Both the position numbers and the translations under genes were made by a program. From NCBI GenBank assembly GCA_030390025.1, contig CM059427.1, forward strand, positions 20,150,001 to 20,214,000: DNA of 64,000 nt, given 5' to 3'. Below, in pieces: positions 59,537 to 64,000 of this stretch. The notes beneath the pieces are model-generated. The model was given only the letters and a program-made list of their open reading frames with translations. It did not search any database and was not told the origin of the DNA. This DNA comes from Squalus acanthias (Eukaryota). Each line of letters opens with the position of its first letter. Positions within the stretch are counted from its first letter, which is position 1.

Positions 59537-60256
59537 GGCCCGGAATTTGCAGTTGTAATGGCGGCAAAACTGTCAGTGTTATCCGTCATTACAACTGTGA
59601 ATCTGACAGCAACTTCTGGAGTACGCACACGCGCAGTTAAACGCGGAAATCCAGAAGTTGCTGTCAGTCATTCCCCCACAACCGGCAATCAGTTGAAATC
59701 ACTGAACTGACAAGAACTTAAGCATATACGCTGGAATATCTCTCTTAAAACCCTTGTATAAGTTAAGCCTTGTTGAATGAGGTGTAACTGGGTTTTTGAT
59801 GGCGTACTGAGTCATAATTACCGCTTTACACTGTTCTGGCCCTGAAAAACTAATTTTATATTTGTGGAATGTCAAACTTTTCCATCGTGATAAAAAATAC
59901 CATATTTTTTTATTTTTTTTCCATGTCTATTTATGATATTTCAGCTTTTACCTTAATCCCATGTGTATGTCCCAATCTTTATTTCACTGTCTGTAAAATT
60001 ATTAAAAAGTGAAGGAAAATCAGTACATTTTACTTCCTGGTTTGCTAATATGATTTCAATGTGATTGGCTGCTTAGCCAGCTTGATGACATCACTGTTAC
60101 TGGACTCTGGAGATCCCCTAGACTTGGTGTCAAATACAAATTAATGTTGGGAGATATGAAATCGACGCCACAGAGATTGCTAGATCTTTGTGGGCAGCTT
60201 TTTTCGAGGATAGCGGCGAGCACCATCACTTCGCCGCTGACCGCAAAATCCGGGCC
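59537..60256. mobile_element. PIF/Harbinger-like MITE, family 3
   Basis: TIRs GGCCCGGAATTTGC / GCAAAATCCGGGCC; TSD ATT; internal hairpin GACAGCAACTTCTGGA...TCCAGAAGTTGCTGTC. Confidence 0.88.
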
Positions 60257-60891
60257 ATTATAGTTTATCCGTGCTGTTTGTACTGTCAGAAGAGGAGGTT
60301 TAACATGTAGTAAAATAATTACTTACTCATTTTTTAAATTTAGAAATATATGTTAAATGACAAATTCTATAATGCAGGACACGATCATGGCTGAAGAGAG
60401 TAGGAGATAATATGCAAATGTATTGTTTTTATTGATATTACAGAACTAAATAGTTGAATAACATAATATTGATTATTTACTAATATTTGATCTTAAACAG
60501 TTGATTTGAATGTATATTACAAATATACAATTTCTGTAGAAATAATCAGTTTTTAAAAATATGATTTGGAAAAAGTATGAATAAAATAATTTATTAACAA
60601 ACAGAACAACATCTTAATTATGAGGATGGTAGATATTGTTTTTGGTATTTAGAGTATAATAAACTACTGATGCAGAAAGATCCTTATCATCGATCATTGC
60701 TTCAGTGACAGTGGATTATGGACATACATTTGAATATAATAGCTATGTTATTCTTAGAATAGAGATTAATATTATGCGTTAGATTTGTCAGTCCTGTGTG
60801 TTTCATGTTGTATTTTCTTTTAAAAATCTCTTCAAAATTATGCATACCATCTTCAATAAATCTCATTCTTAAACAATAATGTTCTTTAAAG

Positions 60892-60975
60892 TCTCGGAGA
60901 TTCCTAAGAAGCCAGTTGTTGCTGAAGCTCAACCAGTCACTGTACTAAGAAAAGAAGAGGTCATCACAGTAACAG
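60892..60975 (+). CDS. TTN: Titin PEVK exon P18 (84 nt)
   Basis: VSEIPKKPVVAEAQPVTVLRKEEVITVT. Confidence 0.9.
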
Positions 60976-61465
60976 GTATAAAAATACATGGAAATATCAT
61001 TGTTATAAAGCATTGAATTTTTTCTACTATTCATGGTCTTCTTGTAAATAATACTAGTATTAGTTATTCATGTACCATTTGGCTTCTCAAATATTCATTC
61101 ATGAATTTGTGTTGTTCTGCAACATTGTAGATTATGTTTTAAGTCTGTGCTGTCTGTACTGTCATAATAGGAGGTTTAACTTGTATAAAAATAATTAATC
61201 ATTTTTTGAAATTGAGATATGTATGTTAAGTGCCAAATTATATAATGCAGGACACCATGATGGTTGAAAAGTAGGAGATGTGATGAGATAAATCAAAAAA
61301 TAGTGATTCAGTGAATCCAAGCTTGGATTTAACATGTGTAAATTGTAGGAGAAAGAGAGGACTGAGTAAAGACTATTTACATAATACAAATTAAATATGA
61401 ATTTAGACTTGGGGACATTTAGTTTATACAAATATAAAATAAGCAATTGAATTGCAAAACGACTA

Positions 61466-61760
61466 AGAAAGAACATGCATTTATATAGCGCCTTCCACTT
61501 CCTTGGGACATCCCAAAGGGCTTCACAGCCAGTGAATTACTTTTGAAGTGTAGTCACTTGTAATGTAGGCAAATGTGGCAGCTAATTTGCACACAGCAAA
61601 GTCCCACAAACAGCTGTGAGATAAATGACCAGTTAATCTTTTTTGTTGTTGTTGTTGGTTGCGGGATAAATGTTGGCCACGACACTGGGAAAAGTGCCCT
61701 GCTCTTTTTCGAATAGTGCCATGCGATCTTTTACACCCACCTGAGAGGGCAGACAAAGCC
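61466..61760 (-). mobile_element. SacSINE1/DeuSINE-like SINE, 3' half
   Basis: Similar to 23117-23410. Confidence 0.78.
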
Positions 61761-61930
61761 GAGCAATACTATTATTTTTATTATTAATTGACTTGGATAC
61801 TTTATTTAATGTTATTTAGTCTTGTGTTTGTTCTATTTGTCATATGTGCCTCATATTATTCTGAATTGTTAAATATTTTGATTGTGTTTTTTAAATGAAT
61901 CTCATCTTAAAACAATGACGTCTTTTAAAG

Positions 61931-62014
61931 TGCCAGAAATGACTAAGAAGCCAGTTGCTGAAGAATTTAAACCAGTTACTGTTCTGAGAAAAGAAGAGGT
62001 CATTACAATGAAAG
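61931..62014 (+). CDS. TTN: Titin PEVK exon P19 (84 nt)
   Basis: VPEMTKKPVAEEFKPVTVLRKEEVITMK. Confidence 0.92.
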
Positions 62015-63183
62015 GTACAGAAATGAAAGGAAGACTTTCATACAAACTTTATCCAACTTAGTACGTTATCGTGTGAACAATTTCTACTTTTCATGATGGC
62101 CTTTTAAATCATAACCAGAACCCTGCTTCTTGATCTTTAAGTGCCATATGCTTTCTTCATGTGTATCCGCTAACGCATGCTGTTCTGTTGCACTGTGGTG
62201 TTACTGTTTTATATCTGGGTGCATTGTTTGTACTGTCATGGGGGACATGCAGGGCAAATTAATTAAAATTTTTCACATCAGTATTTTAGATTTTCATTAA
62301 CATGGAAGTTGAGATGGAACAGTTGAAGTTTTATTAGCTAATAATATTTAATTGAATACCAAGAAGCTAGAAATTATGATATTTTAACAAATCATTATAT
62401 GCTAACAAAAATTATTATATTTGTAAAAGTGAAATGGAAATACCAATTAGAAGAAAAATAATTTAATTATAAAAACGGTAGGAAATATATTATTAAATCT
62501 GCAGCTGTTCTGACGAACTCCCACTGTAACTAGAACAGGCAGAACGTAAGCTGGGTCCTGACCTAGAAGTTAACTTTTTGGATGGCCTTGTGGGGACAGA
62601 GCATCTGCCCACCTGTTACAAGGTCATAGTCATAAGGAAACGAAGCATGGGAGGGGAAATTTGGTGTATCGTCAGCACAAGAATGCCTGGTGGGACCAGG
62701 AGACCAGGTATACTGGCTGACCCAACGGTGGATATGAGATCGTGGCCTGTACCTTGTAAAAGTTACCACCAATTTTTTGTTTTTAATTTTTAAAGTGTCC
62801 ACCTTTGTAATGGGTCTATAAGAGGGGGGCAGTTAAAATTTCCTTCCAGGATGGAGGTCCAATACCTTTATGCTCGACTTTACAGCGAACATTTTAGATG
62901 CAGTCCACCATTTTCCAGCAAATTAGAGAAATTCCCCCAATTTGATAGGTTTTAAGTTTGCCAGTGACAGATGTTCTCACTGGGGGCTGTCCCCATAAAA
63001 GAACTGGGATCACTGGCCCATAGATTTTCAGGTTCTATATCTTTTTAAAATGGAATGTCATTTTATGTTAGTTGATATCGTTATGTGTTTCATGTGCCTT
63101 GGTTTTGCTTGTTTTAAATAGTTTCAAAAATCCTTAGATTTTCTTGAATTAATTGCATCTTAAAACAATCATATTCTTCAAAG

Positions 63184-63267
63184 TGAATGAAGTTTATAAG
63201 AAGACTATTGCTGAAGAATTCCAACAAGAAGTTGTTCAAAGAAGAGAGGTAGTTGCTCCAGTAAAAG
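63184..63267 (+). CDS. TTN: Titin PEVK exon P20 (84 nt)
   Basis: VNEVYKKTIAEEFQQEVVQRREVVAPVK. Confidence 0.88.
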
Positions 63268-63899
63268 GTACAAAATACACTCAGGATTTCTTACAAGCCT
63301 TCATACAATATTACGAAAGTAATTTCTAATTTTCATGGCCATCTTTCAAATCCTATCCTAAGTTTTTTGTTTTTTCTTATTAGTCAAAAGTAATTTGTCT
63401 TGGCCATATTTATACATATTTATCATCAATGTGTGCTGTTCTGTTTAACTGTTGTGTCAAAGAATGTATTTTACATCTGTTTGTATTGTATGTGCTGTCA
63501 TAACAGTAGCTCTAACTTTAAGGAAATGTTGTTTATTTGTAGTCAGTGCTATCAATTAAATGTATTTTTGAGTATTTGAGTTTCTGCTGAAGTTACTATG
63601 ACCTCGTAAATTACAAAACCACCAGGAATATAACTTTTTTGAAAGAAATCTGAAATTACCTGGATCATTGTATTTGTGAAACAAAAAGAAAATGCTTTAT
63701 GGCAAAATAATGTTAATTCTTTAATTTTAGAATTTAACAATGAATAAAGGTTCTTTATCTTTTAATTATTATGTCAAAGGTATTATTCTAGCAATACAAA
63801 ATGATCCTTATAACTATTGACTCCTCAAATGCCCAAAAAGTAGTTAAGATTTAATAATTATGTTGTTTTACAAGAGAATTGTGACCTTATGTTAATTGT

Positions 63900-64000
63900 G
63901 TCTGTTATGTCTGTTTCATGTTATCTTAATTTGTATACATCTCTTCAGTATTGTGTATATAATTGCTCAATGAATCTTATATTAAACAATTATATTCTTT
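63900..64000 (+). promoter_or_regulatory. Upstream intronic cassette and partial acceptor of a further PEVK exon just beyond the window
   Basis: TGTTTCATGTT ... TGAATCTTATATTAAACAATTATATTCTTT matches the motif that precedes other PEVK exons. Confidence 0.7.

Larger units (their letters stand above)
1..64000 (+). other. TTN: Titin gene body (partial): I-band tandem Ig region, N2A element and proximal PEVK region; extends beyond both window ends
   Basis: Frame-compatible GT-AG exons. The N2A peptides ATFIAKVGGDPIPNVKW, VDPKEYEKYARMYGITDFRGLLQA and KINYPEIKLSWYKGTEKLE are recognisably titin, and PEVK-type exons follow them. Confidence 0.98.

Noticed and set aside
35009-63267. Regularly spaced ~84-bp repeats resembling a CRISPR-like array
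   Set aside because: Vertebrate context, variable kilobase spacing, splice sites and PEVK translation show they are exons.

Overview
This is eukaryotic (vertebrate) DNA. The whole window lies inside one + strand gene, titin (TTN), in its I-band part. The repeat content (HE1-like V-SINE, SacSINE1-like DeuSINE, HER1-like CR1 LINEs) points to a cartilaginous fish, probably a shark. The gene order I can read is: 35 one-exon-per-domain phase-1 I-set Ig exons (1-24089), arranged as at least four six-domain super-repeats, one ten-domain module and the I78/I79 equivalents; the N2A element (I80, UN2A, I81-I83; 28219-31694); three micro-exons; and 20 short phase-1 PEVK exons (35009-63267), with another acceptor at the window end. 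Introns carry CR1, L2 and L1/Tx1 LINE fragments, SINEs and several PIF/Harbinger-like MITE families. I see no new gene system. The most interesting signals are evolutionary: a near-identical duplicated six-Ig module whose homogenisation breaks down only around a MITE insertion, a mosaic Ig exon at the duplication edge, a 1039-bp tandem duplication that created a PEVK exon, a dead PEVK exon next to a MITE, a conserved intronic cassette around the PEVK exons, and inverted CR1 pairs flanking in-frame exon blocks. Exon boundaries were read by hand from GT-AG sites and frame. Identity figures are by-eye estimates.
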